Positions 30,035 to 39,782 of a stretch of DNA of 64,000 bases are shown here, in pieces. The number at the start of each line of letters is the position of its first letter. The stretch's first letter is position 1. The DNA lies in the IMG/VR virus record IMGVR_UViG_3300033073_001153, positions 1 through 64,000 of that record; one strand, written 5' to 3'. The notes beneath the pieces were generated by a model. That model was not told the DNA's origin. It ran no database searches and was given only the letters and a program-made list of their open reading frames with translations. The position numbers and the translations under genes are program-made. The DNA is from a virus. Taxonomy: Duplodnaviria > Caudoviricetes.

Positions 30035-30211
30035 ATGGATCGATTTGATAAATTATTTCATAAATTAATGGAAACCATGACGGCTGGAGGAGCTGGAAGT
30101 ATTTTAAATCCAGATCAAAATAAAGAATATGCTGCTGGAGATAATAGGATTCCATTTATTCTAGGTAAAAAGAAAAAACCACAAAAAAGAAATCTAAAAA
30201 ATACATTATAA
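30035..30211 (+). CDS. Small late protein (58 aa), below the ORF-track length cutoff
   Basis: MDRFDKLFHKLMETMTAGGAGSILNPDQNKEYAAGDNRIPFILGKKKKPQKRNLKNTL*; TAAATA at 30024-30029, 5 nt before the ATG. Confidence 0.7.
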   Translation: MDRFDKLFHKLMETMTAGGAGSILNPDQNKEYAAGDNRIPFILGKKKKPQKRNLKNTL

Positions 30212-30631
30212 AATATTATAATGTTCATGTAAACTCTTGGGACAGAAAGTGATACGGACATTCAGAATGCCGTTGTAGCTATCTTTTCTTATTAAGACAT
30301 TATTTTCTAATTGAGTTTTAAGTTCTTCGTACTTTAATTGCCATTTGCAAGTACATAATTTTAAAATTGTACGTTTAAAGTTTTCTTTTCCGTGCGTTGC
30401 TACGTCTTTTTTTAGTTCTTCGCTACTTCCGTAATAATTTCTCCAATCAGATTCTTTAACTACTTTTCTTTTGCGAGTTTTTCCCTTTAAAGGAGGTAAT
30501 TTAGAATTACGTATAAATTGTTTACATCCCCAGTAATAACGTTTTTCTCCTTCTTTTGCATTTAATCTTTCAATGCAATACACAAATCCGAACCAATTAT
30601 TTACATCTTCTGGTATATTTTCCCACTCCAT
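30206..30631 (-). CDS. GIY-YIG (Seg-like) endonuclease-family protein
   Basis: GFVY...YYWG, ESDWRNYYGSS, FKRTIL, YEE, YN. Confidence 0.8.
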   Translation of the reverse strand: MEWENIPEDVNNWFGFVYCIERLNAKEGEKRYYWGCKQFIRNSKLPPLKGKTRKRKVVKESDWRNYYGSSEELKKDVATHGKENFKRTILKLCTCKWQLKYEELKTQLENNVLIRKDSYNGILNVRITFCPKSLHEHYNIL

Positions 30632-30709
30632 TAAATTTTATTTACCAATTATTAATTTTTTTCAACTTTTTTACTTGACAAATAATTTTTATAAGTTAAA
30701 ATAAATAAA

Positions 30710-31222
30710 ATGTTCTTAAACTTAATAATTAAAGAATATAATATTAATATAATAAATTTAAATTATCTCTTGCAAGAGAATATAGAAACAGTAATAGGTA
30801 ATTACTTATTTGATAATAATTTAAAATTAAAAATTAACAGCAGAGATTTAAATAAATTAATATTTCATTTTCTCAACGAAGAAATAATTAAACAGTTAAA
30901 AGAAGATTACAATAATATATTAATTTTCAACTCAGAAATTAAGTTAAAAACTTTAGATAAATTATATACAGAAGAAGATTGTATATTATTATTGCAAAAA
31001 ATAATTAAAAAATCAAGTAAAATTTTTAATTATTCTTTATTTGAAATTTCTACTACTTTTGAAATTGACAACAATTTTATTTATTCTTTGAAAAAATTTT
31101 TGCAACAGAAAAAAAGTATAAATTATAAAAAATTAAAAAATTTTTGTGAAACTTCAAATCTTAGATTTCTTGGTGAAAAAGTTGTGAAAGATTTGAGTTT
31201 AAAAAATTTATTGCATAAATAA
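30710..31222 (+). CDS. Hypothetical protein (very AT-rich)
   Basis: 170-aa ORF; TTGACA (30675)-16-TAAAAT-7 nt-ATG. Confidence 0.6.
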   Translation: MFLNLIIKEYNINIINLNYLLQENIETVIGNYLFDNNLKLKINSRDLNKLIFHFLNEEIIKQLKEDYNNILIFNSEIKLKTLDKLYTEEDCILLLQKIIKKSSKIFNYSLFEISTTFEIDNNFIYSLKKFLQQKKSINYKKLKNFCETSNLRFLGEKVVKDLSLKNLLHK

Positions 31223-31226
31223 TTTT

Positions 31227-31667
31227 ATGAATTTCAAAAATTTATTAGAAAAGCATTATACTTTGCTAGAACAGGAAAATCTCCCAAAGGGTCTGGATGT
31301 ACCAGAAAAGCCACAAGCCCCCGTAGAATCTGGAATGGGGGAAGAAGGATTACCCGAACAAGATGATCAGGCAAAGCAAATGCAAGAAATGATTGATAAG
31401 TCACAAAGAAGAGTTTATGATATGATTAATAATATCGTTTCTTTTATTCGTGAAGCTTCGACAGACAAAGAAAAAACACGTTTATCACCAGAATTAGAAA
31501 ATTTTCTTAAAAATTTAGAAGAAGCTTCACTAAATGGATCAGATTATACTTCAAAACTAGCAGAAATGGAAAAAGTGGTGAATTCTAATTTAGGTAAGGG
31601 ATTATATGAACCTGCTTCTGAAATAACAGGTGAAAGTTTCTTTCAAAGTTGGAAAAACGCTAAATAA
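31227..31667 (+). CDS. Hypothetical late protein with a capsid-targeting-like N-terminus
   Basis: TAAATA at 31216-31221; MNFKNLLEKHYTLLE. Confidence 0.7.
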   Translation: MNFKNLLEKHYTLLEQENLPKGLDVPEKPQAPVESGMGEEGLPEQDDQAKQMQEMIDKSQRRVYDMINNIVSFIREASTDKEKTRLSPELENFLKNLEEASLNGSDYTSKLAEMEKVVNSNLGKGLYEPASEITGESFFQSWKNAK

Positions 31668-31671
31668 GAAT

Positions 31672-32100
31672 ATGCCACTCAAAAAAGGAAAATCCAAAAA
31701 AACTATTGCAAAGAACATTAAAACTGAAATCAAAGCAGGAAAGCCACAGAAACAAGCAGTGGCTATAGCTTATAGTGTTGCAGGATTAAGCAAAAAGAAA
31801 AAGAAGACTAAAAAGAAGACTAAAAAGAAGACTGTTAAAAAAGAATCTTTCGATTCTGTAGTAAACGATTATTTAAAACTTTTCATATTTGATGAAGCTA
31901 TTGTGCCTCAACAACCAGCTCCTTTATCTCCAGAAGAACAAAAAGCAGCAAATGAGCTAGAAAAGAAGAAACAACTAGAAATTCTAAATTTGAAGAAAGC
32001 AAAGACAGATCCTAAAATGAGAGAAACATTAAAGGCTGGAATGCAACTTGGTAGAATGACCAAACCAACTACTGGATCAACTCCTACTAGTACATTTTAA
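31672..32100 (+). CDS. Basic late protein (MPLKKGKS...QAVAIA family)
   Basis: Start re-called to ATG 31672 (TAAATA at 31661-31666); N-terminal motif common in small phage proteins; KKTK repeats. Confidence 0.7.
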   Translation: MPLKKGKSKKTIAKNIKTEIKAGKPQKQAVAIAYSVAGLSKKKKKTKKKTKKKTVKKESFDSVVNDYLKLFIFDEAIVPQQPAPLSPEEQKAANELEKKKQLEILNLKKAKTDPKMRETLKAGMQLGRMTKPTTGSTPTSTF

Positions 32101-32502
32101 ATGATATCGTTTAGTAGATATTTTTACGAAAGCACTGAAGAATTTTCACAAAGAGAAAAAGTGAAAATTCTTGGTGTTGGTAATTATATTGCTAAAGTAG
32201 ATAGTGGTAATGATGGATATTGTGTTTTACACGGAGATAATATCTCTATAAATGGCGAAGAAGTATCATTTGATACATTTGAAGGTAAAACTATAAAAAA
32301 GCCTTTAATCGATACAATTAAAGTAAACGTAGGGGCTGGAACACACGAAGAACGTCCAGTAGTAGAATTTGATATAGAAATTAAAAAAGAACTTCACAAA
32401 AAAGTAAAATTCTCTATTGGAAATCGAAAAAATAACGATGAGAAAGTTTTAATAGGTTTAAAGTTTTTAAAACCAATTAAAGCAGTGATTGAAATTAAAT
32501 AG
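32101..32502 (+). CDS. Retropepsin-like aspartic peptidase (RimK-associated / putative ATP-dependent zinc protease family)
   Basis: AKVDSGN (D-[TS]-G catalytic motif), LH, ERPVVEFDI, FSIGNR, VLIGLKFL. Confidence 0.8.
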   Translation: MISFSRYFYESTEEFSQREKVKILGVGNYIAKVDSGNDGYCVLHGDNISINGEEVSFDTFEGKTIKKPLIDTIKVNVGAGTHEERPVVEFDIEIKKELHKKVKFSIGNRKNNDEKVLIGLKFLKPIKAVIEIK

Positions 32503-32506
32503 TTAT

Positions 32507-33640
32507 ATGAGTAAATTTTCGGATCTTATACAAAAAAAGCACGAAATGCTAAAAGTTACCATGAAGGTAGATCCTGCCGCATGTAAGAATGGAGAAATTA
32601 CTCATTTTCAAGAATACGTAGGATTTGTATTGGCAGAAAAAGAATTCGAAAAAACCTACGAAAAGTTATTAAAAAAATATACATTACAAAATGAAGGGTT
32701 TTTTGATACGGTAAAAGGAGCGGTGAAGACAATGGCAAAAGTTGTAACTCCTATAATAAACAATCCAATAACAAGAAGATTGGCTAAAGATATAACAGAA
32801 CCTTTTACAGATCCAAAATATAATCCATTCGTTGGACACGGAGCTAAACCTGTAGATAAAACAGAAGCAGGTCAAATAATTTCAGAAATAGAATCGGAAT
32901 GGTTAGATATAAATAAAATAATAATATTTGATGCTTCGAAATATGGATATGGTATACATAAAAAATCTTTTAAAGATTTAGCGGCTAAAGATCCAGAATT
33001 GAATAAATGGCTTAATTTTATAAGAAAATCTGTAAAGGAAAAATATTCATATAAAGATTTGACTAATACATTATTAGAAAAAATTAATATAACACCAAAT
33101 CCTAGATTTCAAAGAAATATTCCACAAAGAGTTCCACAAATAGTTCCACAAAAAAATACTCAACAAGTTCCTCAATTAAATTCTAGTAAGCCTCAATCTA
33201 AGTCGCCACAAAAAAAGAAAAAAATATCTAGAATTTCTAGATACGCTCCAAAAATAAAAAAATATATAAATAAAAAAACAAATCAACAGGCAAAAAAACC
33301 AATACAAAAACCAATTATAGATTATGTATCTGTTATAAAAGGAGGTATAAATCAAACTGATTTAAATAGTCAGCTTCCTATAAGGAATATGCAAAACGTA
33401 TATCTCCCTATGATAGAAAAAAAGATAAAAGAAGAAAATGCTAAGAGAAAAGAAATGAGAGAAGATAACTTGAAAATAAACTCTCAAGATGTTTGGAAAA
33501 CTCTAGTACAAAAAGTTGAAACTTTATTTAAAGCGTCCAAAACTTATACAAGTGATGAAAAAATAACATGGACTTTTATGTTAGCGCAACCAAGTAAACC
33601 AATTGTACTTACTTATGATCCAATGAATCAGCCTAGTTAA
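32507..33640 (+). CDS. Hypothetical late protein, probable head-internal protein
   Basis: Start re-called to ATG 32507 (TAAATA at 32496-32501); internal LQNE|G and LLE|K sites. Confidence 0.65.
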   Translation: MSKFSDLIQKKHEMLKVTMKVDPAACKNGEITHFQEYVGFVLAEKEFEKTYEKLLKKYTLQNEGFFDTVKGAVKTMAKVVTPIINNPITRRLAKDITEPFTDPKYNPFVGHGAKPVDKTEAGQIISEIESEWLDINKIIIFDASKYGYGIHKKSFKDLAAKDPELNKWLNFIRKSVKEKYSYKDLTNTLLEKINITPNPRFQRNIPQRVPQIVPQKNTQQVPQLNSSKPQSKSPQKKKKISRISRYAPKIKKYINKKTNQQAKKPIQKPIIDYVSVIKGGINQTDLNSQLPIRNMQNVYLPMIEKKIKEENAKRKEMREDNLKINSQDVWKTLVQKVETLFKASKTYTSDEKITWTFMLAQPSKPIVLTYDPMNQPS

Positions 33641-33927
33641 TGGAACCTAATTTAGAAAGAGTTTATACTTCTCAAGTACAACCTAAAGGATCTGTAAGAG
33701 GAGGATCAAGTGGTGGTGCTTTTGGAGCAGTATATGAACGTGATCCTCATTTTAAAAAATTAGAAAACAGCGTTTTTTCTAAAATAAATGAATTGACTAA
33801 AGAATTTGAAGAACCAAAGGCAACTAGAGAAGAATATAAGAAAATTGAAGTAAAATCAGTTTCTCTAGAAGATGCTATGAAAGAGTTATTGGAATTAGAA
33901 AAACATAGTAGTTTCGAACATTTTTGA
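33640..33927 (+). CDS. Hypothetical protein
   Basis: 95-aa ORF, coupled by a TAATG overlap. Confidence 0.6.
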   Translation: MEPNLERVYTSQVQPKGSVRGGSSGGAFGAVYERDPHFKKLENSVFSKINELTKEFEEPKATREEYKKIEVKSVSLEDAMKELLELEKHSSFEHF

Positions 33928-33939
33928 TAAATATTATAG

Positions 33940-34683
33940 ATGGCAAAAGAACCTAAACCTGAAAAGGTAAAGAAGGAATCGCCTTATGTCTTTCAAAGAG
34001 ATAAAGTGAATTACGAATTAAATGTAAAAGAATTGCCTTGGACTCCTAAGCAAAAAGAAATAATAGATTTAATTTTAGATAAAAAAACTAAAATTGTATT
34101 TTTAAGTGGTCCCGCAGGTACTTCTAAAACTATTTTGTCGGCTTATTGTGCATTAAAAATGCTAGATGATAAAAAAATTAGTGATGTCGTTTATATACGT
34201 TCTGTTATTGAGAGTGCTTCTAAATCATTGGGTTATTTACCCGGTTTAGCTGAACAAAAAATGGAGCCTTATGCGGCTCCTCTTATGGACAAAATGGAGG
34301 AATTAACATCAAAAGGAATTTGTAATAAATTAATGAGTGAAGAAAGAATACATGCTACACCTATTAATTTTCTAAGAGGAGCTTCCTATAATGTTAAATG
34401 TATCATTGCTGATGAAATGCAAAATGCAGAATTTAGCGAAATTACTACTATTATAACTCGTATTGGAAATTTTAGTAAATTTATTTTCTGTGGTGATCCT
34501 ATGCAAACAGATTTAAAAGAAAAACATAAATCTGGCTTCAAACCTATGTATGATTTATTCAATAATGAAGAATCAAGAGAAAATGGTATATTTTGCGTAG
34601 AATTAGGAAAAGAAGATATTGTCAGATCTGAAATTCTTAAATTTATTGTGGACAAACTAGAAATTTATAAGAAAAAAGATTAA
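33940..34683 (+). CDS. phoH: PhoH-family ATPase
   Basis: GPAGTSKT, LGYLPG, FLRGAS, DEMQN, TRIG, GDPMQTD, DIVRS. Confidence 0.95.
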   Translation: MAKEPKPEKVKKESPYVFQRDKVNYELNVKELPWTPKQKEIIDLILDKKTKIVFLSGPAGTSKTILSAYCALKMLDDKKISDVVYIRSVIESASKSLGYLPGLAEQKMEPYAAPLMDKMEELTSKGICNKLMSEERIHATPINFLRGASYNVKCIIADEMQNAEFSEITTIITRIGNFSKFIFCGDPMQTDLKEKHKSGFKPMYDLFNNEESRENGIFCVELGKEDIVRSEILKFIVDKLEIYKKKD

Positions 34684-34687
34684 TCAG

Positions 34688-34716
34688 TTGATTTAATACT
34701 TTTCTGTTGTTATAAT
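34688..34716 (+). promoter_or_regulatory. Near-consensus sigma70 promoter abutting the NUDIX start codon
   Basis: TTGATT-17-TATAAT-6 nt-ATG (34723). Confidence 0.8.
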
Positions 34717-34722
34717 CCCATC

Positions 34723-35133
34723 ATGGATGATAATGATACGAATAAAATTGCCAAGATCTTGATCTTGAACAAAGATAAGGTTCTTCTTTTAATGTCTAAA
34801 CATCTGAAGAAGTTTCATCTTCCCGGAGGTCACATTAAAAATAACGAAACTTTCACACAAGGATTGAATCGCGAAGTTAAAGAAGAGACTGGATTAACTA
34901 TTTCTTGGTCTAAAATTATTTTTTGTAAGCCTAATTTTTGCCTTTATAAAGGAGGAGTGTATGCTTCTCCAGTAAAACTTAGCGAAGAACATGATGGATA
35001 TGTTTGGGCTAAAATCGAAGATGCTCACAAATATCCTCTTTGTAATTATACTAAAAGAGATATTTGGGGATTACAGAAGAGTTGGGAAAAGATGAAAGCA
35101 AGAAAGAAACCGCTTGAAAATGGTGGTTATTGA
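34723..35133 (+). CDS. NUDIX hydrolase
   Basis: Nudix box LPGGHIKNNETFTQGLNREVKEETGL. Confidence 0.93.
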   Translation: MDDNDTNKIAKILILNKDKVLLLMSKHLKKFHLPGGHIKNNETFTQGLNREVKEETGLTISWSKIIFCKPNFCLYKGGVYASPVKLSEEHDGYVWAKIEDAHKYPLCNYTKRDIWGLQKSWEKMKARKKPLENGGY

Positions 35134-35150
35134 TAGTAATATAATAACTT

Positions 35151-35912
35151 ATGCGAATTGGAATTTCTGGTAGTATTAATGTAGGCAAAACAACACTAGT
35201 AAACGACTTTTTAAGAGCTTGGCCAAATTATAAAACTCCAGAATCCTCATACAGAGATCTTCTAAAGTCTGGTAATTATCCACATAGTAAGAAGTGTAAC
35301 AAAGAGGGACAGTGGGCAATTCTCAATCATATGATTGATGAAATGCAAAAGTATTCAAAGAATGATAATATCATTTTTGATCGTAATCCATTAGATTGTT
35401 TAGTTTTTACTTTGTGGGCGGCAGAAATGGAAACTTCCGATATCGATAAGTCTTTTATCGATAAAATGATTCCTATTGTTAAAGAATCTTTGAAATATCT
35501 CGATTTGATTCTTTTTATTCCTATTACTCAACATTCTCCAGTAGAGATTGTAGATAATGGAAAACGTGAAACAGATCCACAATATATTGGAGAAATTGAT
35601 AACATTTTTAAAGCATTGGTATACGAATACCAACATTCTTTAGGAAAAACTCCTTTCTTTTCTGCTGATGATACTCCTGCTATCATCGAAATTTTCGGAA
35701 AGCCTGAAGAAAGAATTCTTTTAATTCGTCAATATCTTGATGAAAATGGTAATGTATACGGAGAAGAAGACGATACTATTTTAAATCCAGAAAATATCGA
35801 AGATCTAGAAAGATTAATCGCTCAACAAGTACAAGAAGACGAAAAAGAAAAGAAGATTAAAGAGCAAGAAAGAATGATTCGTGAATTTGCTAAGAAAACT
35901 AAAATTTCTTAA
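35151..35912 (+). CDS. P-loop nucleotide kinase-like ATPase (AAA_28 / dNMP kinase-like)
   Basis: IGISGSINVGKTT, IFDRNPLD. Confidence 0.8.
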   Translation: MRIGISGSINVGKTTLVNDFLRAWPNYKTPESSYRDLLKSGNYPHSKKCNKEGQWAILNHMIDEMQKYSKNDNIIFDRNPLDCLVFTLWAAEMETSDIDKSFIDKMIPIVKESLKYLDLILFIPITQHSPVEIVDNGKRETDPQYIGEIDNIFKALVYEYQHSLGKTPFFSADDTPAIIEIFGKPEERILLIRQYLDENGNVYGEEDDTILNPENIEDLERLIAQQVQEDEKEKKIKEQERMIREFAKKTKIS

Positions 35913-36519
35913 TAGCAATTACATTATAAATTGCTTCTTCTTCTGCGAAGCCTTCTTCAAATGTTATGGCAGTTTTTGCACTTAATGCTAGTATATTAGT
36001 ATAATATTTATAGAATCCTCCTTTTATTGTAATTACTCCGTTATCTATTGTAGTTACATATGCACTTTGTTTAGTAGCATATAAATTTGCTGGAGTGATT
36101 ATAATATCACTTGGTAATAAATTTATAGAAGTAGAAAGCGGAGATAAAATATTAGATCCTTGTGCTGCATTAAGTGGTATTTTTATTTGTGTTTTTGCAA
36201 CATAAGTATCTTGTAATGTATTTACTTTCGCAGATAAGTCAAAAACCGAAGTAGATAATGCTTCTATTTTTAAACTGTTTTCATCAATATTAGCAGAAAG
36301 CGAATTATCTGCTGCTATATATCCTGCTGATAGATTTAAAATTGCTGTAGAGTTTTGTTCTACAGTAGTAGTAATAACTGTATTTGCAGTAGGTATAATG
36401 AAATTAGCAAAGTCTATAATATGAGTACCAGTAGAGGTTTCTATTAATAGATATTCTCCATTATTAGGTTCAGTAATCTCTGGTAAATCTTTGATATTTA
36501 TAAATATTTCATTAGCCAT
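35899..36519 (-). CDS. Small fibre-like late protein
   Basis: N-terminus INIKDLPEI resembles the other fibre N-termini; coiled-coil LSA repeats; minus-strand TAAATA at 36526-36531. Confidence 0.6.
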   Translation of the reverse strand: MANEIFINIKDLPEITEPNNGEYLLIETSTGTHIIDFANFIIPTANTVITTTVEQNSTAILNLSAGYIAADNSLSANIDENSLKIEALSTSVFDLSAKVNTLQDTYVAKTQIKIPLNAAQGSNILSPLSTSINLLPSDIIITPANLYATKQSAYVTTIDNGVITIKGGFYKYYTNILALSAKTAITFEEGFAEEEAIYNVIAIKKF

Positions 36520-36549
36520 TTGAATTATTTACACTAACTGATAAATTTT

Positions 36550-37500
36550 GTGGTGAAAATTTTAGTAACTGGAGGATACGGATTTATCGGAAGTAATTTT
36601 ATCAATAAAATTATAGAAAAAGACGAAGTAGAATTTATTTTTAATATAGATTCGTGTACTTATGCTGGAAATAAAGATAATATTAATGTAGACTCATCGT
36701 TAAAATATAAATTAGAAAATATAGATTCTGATATAAATGACACACATTTAATAGAAAATTTACTATATGTTAATAAAATTACACATTTAGTACATTTTGC
36801 TGCGGAAAGTCATGTTGATAATTCTATATCAAATCCTGATAAGTTTATAAAAACAAATATTAATGGTACTTTTTCTCTATTAGAAGCTAGTAGAAAATAC
36901 GGTAAATTAGAAAGATTTCATCATATTTCTACCGATGAAGTTTTTGGATCTTTAACAGATATAGGATATTTCACAGAAACTACACCATATGATCCACGTT
37001 CTCCATATTCTGCATCAAAAGCAGCTAGTGATCATTTAGTTAATAGTTACTTTCATACATATAAACTTCCTATTACTATATCAAATTGTTCTAATAATTA
37101 TGGACCTAGACAACACGAAGAAAAGTTAATTCCTAAAATTATTAAAAACATACAACAAGGAAAAAAAGTTCCTATTTATGGTAATGGAAAGAATATCAGA
37201 GATTGGTTATATGTAGATGATCATTGTGATGGAATTTGGGAAATTATAAAGAACGGTAAAACTGGGCAATCTTATAATATCGGAGGAGATTGCGAAAGAA
37301 ATAACATCCAAATTTTACAAACTATATGTTGTTTGATGAATGTACCTTTCGAAGATACTATAGAATATGTAGAAGATCGTAAAGGTCATGACTATAGATA
37401 TGCAATAGATTTTTCTAAAATTAGAAATGAATTAAACTGGACTCCTAAAACTAATTTTATAGAAGGATTAATGAAGACTATTGAATTTTATTCATTTTAG
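36550..37500 (+). CDS. rfbB: dTDP-glucose 4,6-dehydratase
   Basis: TGGYGFIGSN, HFAAESHVD, HISTDEVFG, YSASKA, NCSNNYGP, RDWLYV. Confidence 0.95.
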   Translation: MVKILVTGGYGFIGSNFINKIIEKDEVEFIFNIDSCTYAGNKDNINVDSSLKYKLENIDSDINDTHLIENLLYVNKITHLVHFAAESHVDNSISNPDKFIKTNINGTFSLLEASRKYGKLERFHHISTDEVFGSLTDIGYFTETTPYDPRSPYSASKAASDHLVNSYFHTYKLPITISNCSNNYGPRQHEEKLIPKIIKNIQQGKKVPIYGNGKNIRDWLYVDDHCDGIWEIIKNGKTGQSYNIGGDCERNNIQILQTICCLMNVPFEDTIEYVEDRKGHDYRYAIDFSKIRNELNWTPKTNFIEGLMKTIEFYSF

Positions 37501-37514
37501 TTTATAATTATATT

Positions 37515-38300
37515 ATGTCTAATAAAATTGGTTTAGGAATCATGACATATAAACGTCCTGATTACTTTAAAAAGATTTTTTCTTCTGTTCCTAAAAATAA
37601 ACTTGATGAACTTGTCGTTGTTAACGACGGAACCCCATATGATTTTGAAATTGAAGCGAATTTAATTCAACACGAAACAAATAAGGGAATCGGCATCAGT
37701 AAGAATGATGCCATGAAATATCTTTTAAATAAAGGATGTGATTCCATCTTTTTAATGGAAGATGATATCCTTATAAAGGATTCTTCTGTATTTGAAAGAT
37801 ATATAAACGCTTCTAAAGAAACTGGAATTCAACACTTCAATTACAGTCAGCATGGTTTGATGAATAAATTTCCAAATTCAGAAACCCCAAATCCAAGAGT
37901 TAAAATTGATTATAGAAATAATATTTCAATAGAACTTTTCCCCCATTGTGTTGGGGCATTTTGTTTTTATACTAAAAAATGCTTGGATAAAGTAGGATTG
38001 ATGGATGAAAATTTCTTTAATGCTACAGAACATTTAGAACATACTTATAATATTATTAAAAACGACATGCATCCTCCTTTTTGGTGGTTTGCTGATATAA
38101 AAGATTCAAACAAATATTTGGGTGATATTCCTTGGTCAGTTAGTACAAGTACTATTTCTTCTTCACCTAAACATATAGAAACAGTGATGAAAGGGCATCA
38201 GTATTTTCATAAAAAACATGGTGAAGAATTATTAAAGATACCTTCTGTATCTGTAGAGGTTGTACAAAACAAATTAAAAGAAATTTACAAAAATAAATAA
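37515..38300 (+). CDS. Glycosyltransferase family 2
   Basis: VVVNDG, NKGIGISKN, FLMEDD, GLMDENF. Confidence 0.88.
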   Translation: MSNKIGLGIMTYKRPDYFKKIFSSVPKNKLDELVVVNDGTPYDFEIEANLIQHETNKGIGISKNDAMKYLLNKGCDSIFLMEDDILIKDSSVFERYINASKETGIQHFNYSQHGLMNKFPNSETPNPRVKIDYRNNISIELFPHCVGAFCFYTKKCLDKVGLMDENFFNATEHLEHTYNIIKNDMHPPFWWFADIKDSNKYLGDIPWSVSTSTISSSPKHIETVMKGHQYFHKKHGEELLKIPSVSVEVVQNKLKEIYKNK

Positions 38301-38301
38301 A

Positions 38302-39033
38302 ATGGATAATATAACTTTAGCAACGTGTTCATATAATACACCAGACGTAACAATAACTATGTTACGTTCTTTTTTCAAACATCACGAAAGTACAAATGTA
38401 TTAGTTTGTGAAAATTCTTCAAATGAAGATACTGTAAAGATTTTAACAGAAAATAAAGTTTCTTTCATAAGAAACAAAGGAGGTTTACATGCGCCTTCTG
38501 TAGATTTATTAATAGAAAATTGCAAAACTGATTACATGTTATTAGTTGATACAGATGTAATTTTTTTAAAAAATCATGAAGACATTTTTGAACAATTCAA
38601 ATCAGCTAATTTAACTTTATTGGGAGAAATTTGTGGAGATAGAGGAGGCAAACGTCTTCATAAGAGAGTGCATCCTTGGCATTGTTTTATTAATGTAAAA
38701 AATGTAAAAGAAAATAAAATTAAGTTTTATGACTACGAACGTCAAATTAAAAGAGACGGTTCGCCTATATATGACGTAGGAGCCAGCTTTTTTGAAGATA
38801 TTAAGAACGCTAATTTAAAAATTGCACATGTTAAATTAGAAAATATCTATTATACACATTACGAAGGTATGTCTTGGAGAACATTAAAATATGGATCTAA
38901 AGATGGAAATATTGATGTTGATCCAGAAGCAACCCATAATAATGAAGGATTGTATAATTACGGAAAAATGGTAGAAAAACTTTATATGGAAGAAATTTCA
39001 AAGCATAAAAACTCAGAAATAAAAGCAAAATAA
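38302..39033 (+). CDS. Glycosyltransferase family 2-like
   Basis: TCSYN, VCENS, LLVDTDV. Confidence 0.8.
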   Translation: MDNITLATCSYNTPDVTITMLRSFFKHHESTNVLVCENSSNEDTVKILTENKVSFIRNKGGLHAPSVDLLIENCKTDYMLLVDTDVIFLKNHEDIFEQFKSANLTLLGEICGDRGGKRLHKRVHPWHCFINVKNVKENKIKFYDYERQIKRDGSPIYDVGASFFEDIKNANLKIAHVKLENIYYTHYEGMSWRTLKYGSKDGNIDVDPEATHNNEGLYNYGKMVEKLYMEEISKHKNSEIKAK

Positions 39034-39035
39034 TT

Positions 39036-39782
39036 ATGAAAATATCTTTTTTAATATCCCTTTTTATTGATAGCGATGACAGATTATCTAATTTAGATGC
39101 TTCTGTTGGAAATTTGCAATATCATTTTCCAGATCATGAAATCATATTATCCGAAATGGATAAAACTTCTAAATTAAAAAATCGGTATAAAAACGTAAAA
39201 CATATTTTTACAGAATCTGATAAATTTTTCAATAAACAGAAATGTTATAACATAGGTTATAATAATTCAGAAAATGAAATTATCTGTTTATACGATGCTG
39301 ATGTAATTTTAAAAGATAGAACAATCAAAAGAACCATAGAAATTTTTGAAAAAGACGAGTCGGATTTAGTGTATCCTTATAATGGATATTTTTATGATGT
39401 TCCTAAAAATTTACATAGTAAAATAAATGAAAGTAAAGGATTAGATGATGTATCTGTAAACGAATGTAAATTATTAAGTGATAGGAGTGTAGGAGGAGTT
39501 GTTTTCTTTAAAAGAGATGTTTTTGAAAAAGGAGGAAAAGGAAACCAAAATTTTATTGGAGCTGGTTATGAAGATAATGAAATATTTGAAAGATTTAAAA
39601 TGTTAGGATATCGTATATCTAGAATAAATGTTCCATTGTTTCATTTGACCCATGAAAGAAAAGAAACTTCTTTTGATCATAATCCATATGATGGGCATAA
39701 TAAAAAAGAATTTTTCAGAGTATGTAGAATGAATAAAGAGCAATTATTAGAGGAAATTAAAACATGGAATTATGAAGTGTAA
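39036..39782 (+). CDS. Glycosyltransferase (GT2 / GT7 galactosyltransferase-C-like)
   Basis: FNKQKCYNIG, YDADV, NFIGAGYEDNE, LFHLTH. Confidence 0.85.
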   Translation: MKISFLISLFIDSDDRLSNLDASVGNLQYHFPDHEIILSEMDKTSKLKNRYKNVKHIFTESDKFFNKQKCYNIGYNNSENEIICLYDADVILKDRTIKRTIEIFEKDESDLVYPYNGYFYDVPKNLHSKINESKGLDDVSVNECKLLSDRSVGGVVFFKRDVFEKGGKGNQNFIGAGYEDNEIFERFKMLGYRISRINVPLFHLTHERKETSFDHNPYDGHNKKEFFRVCRMNKEQLLEEIKTWNYEV

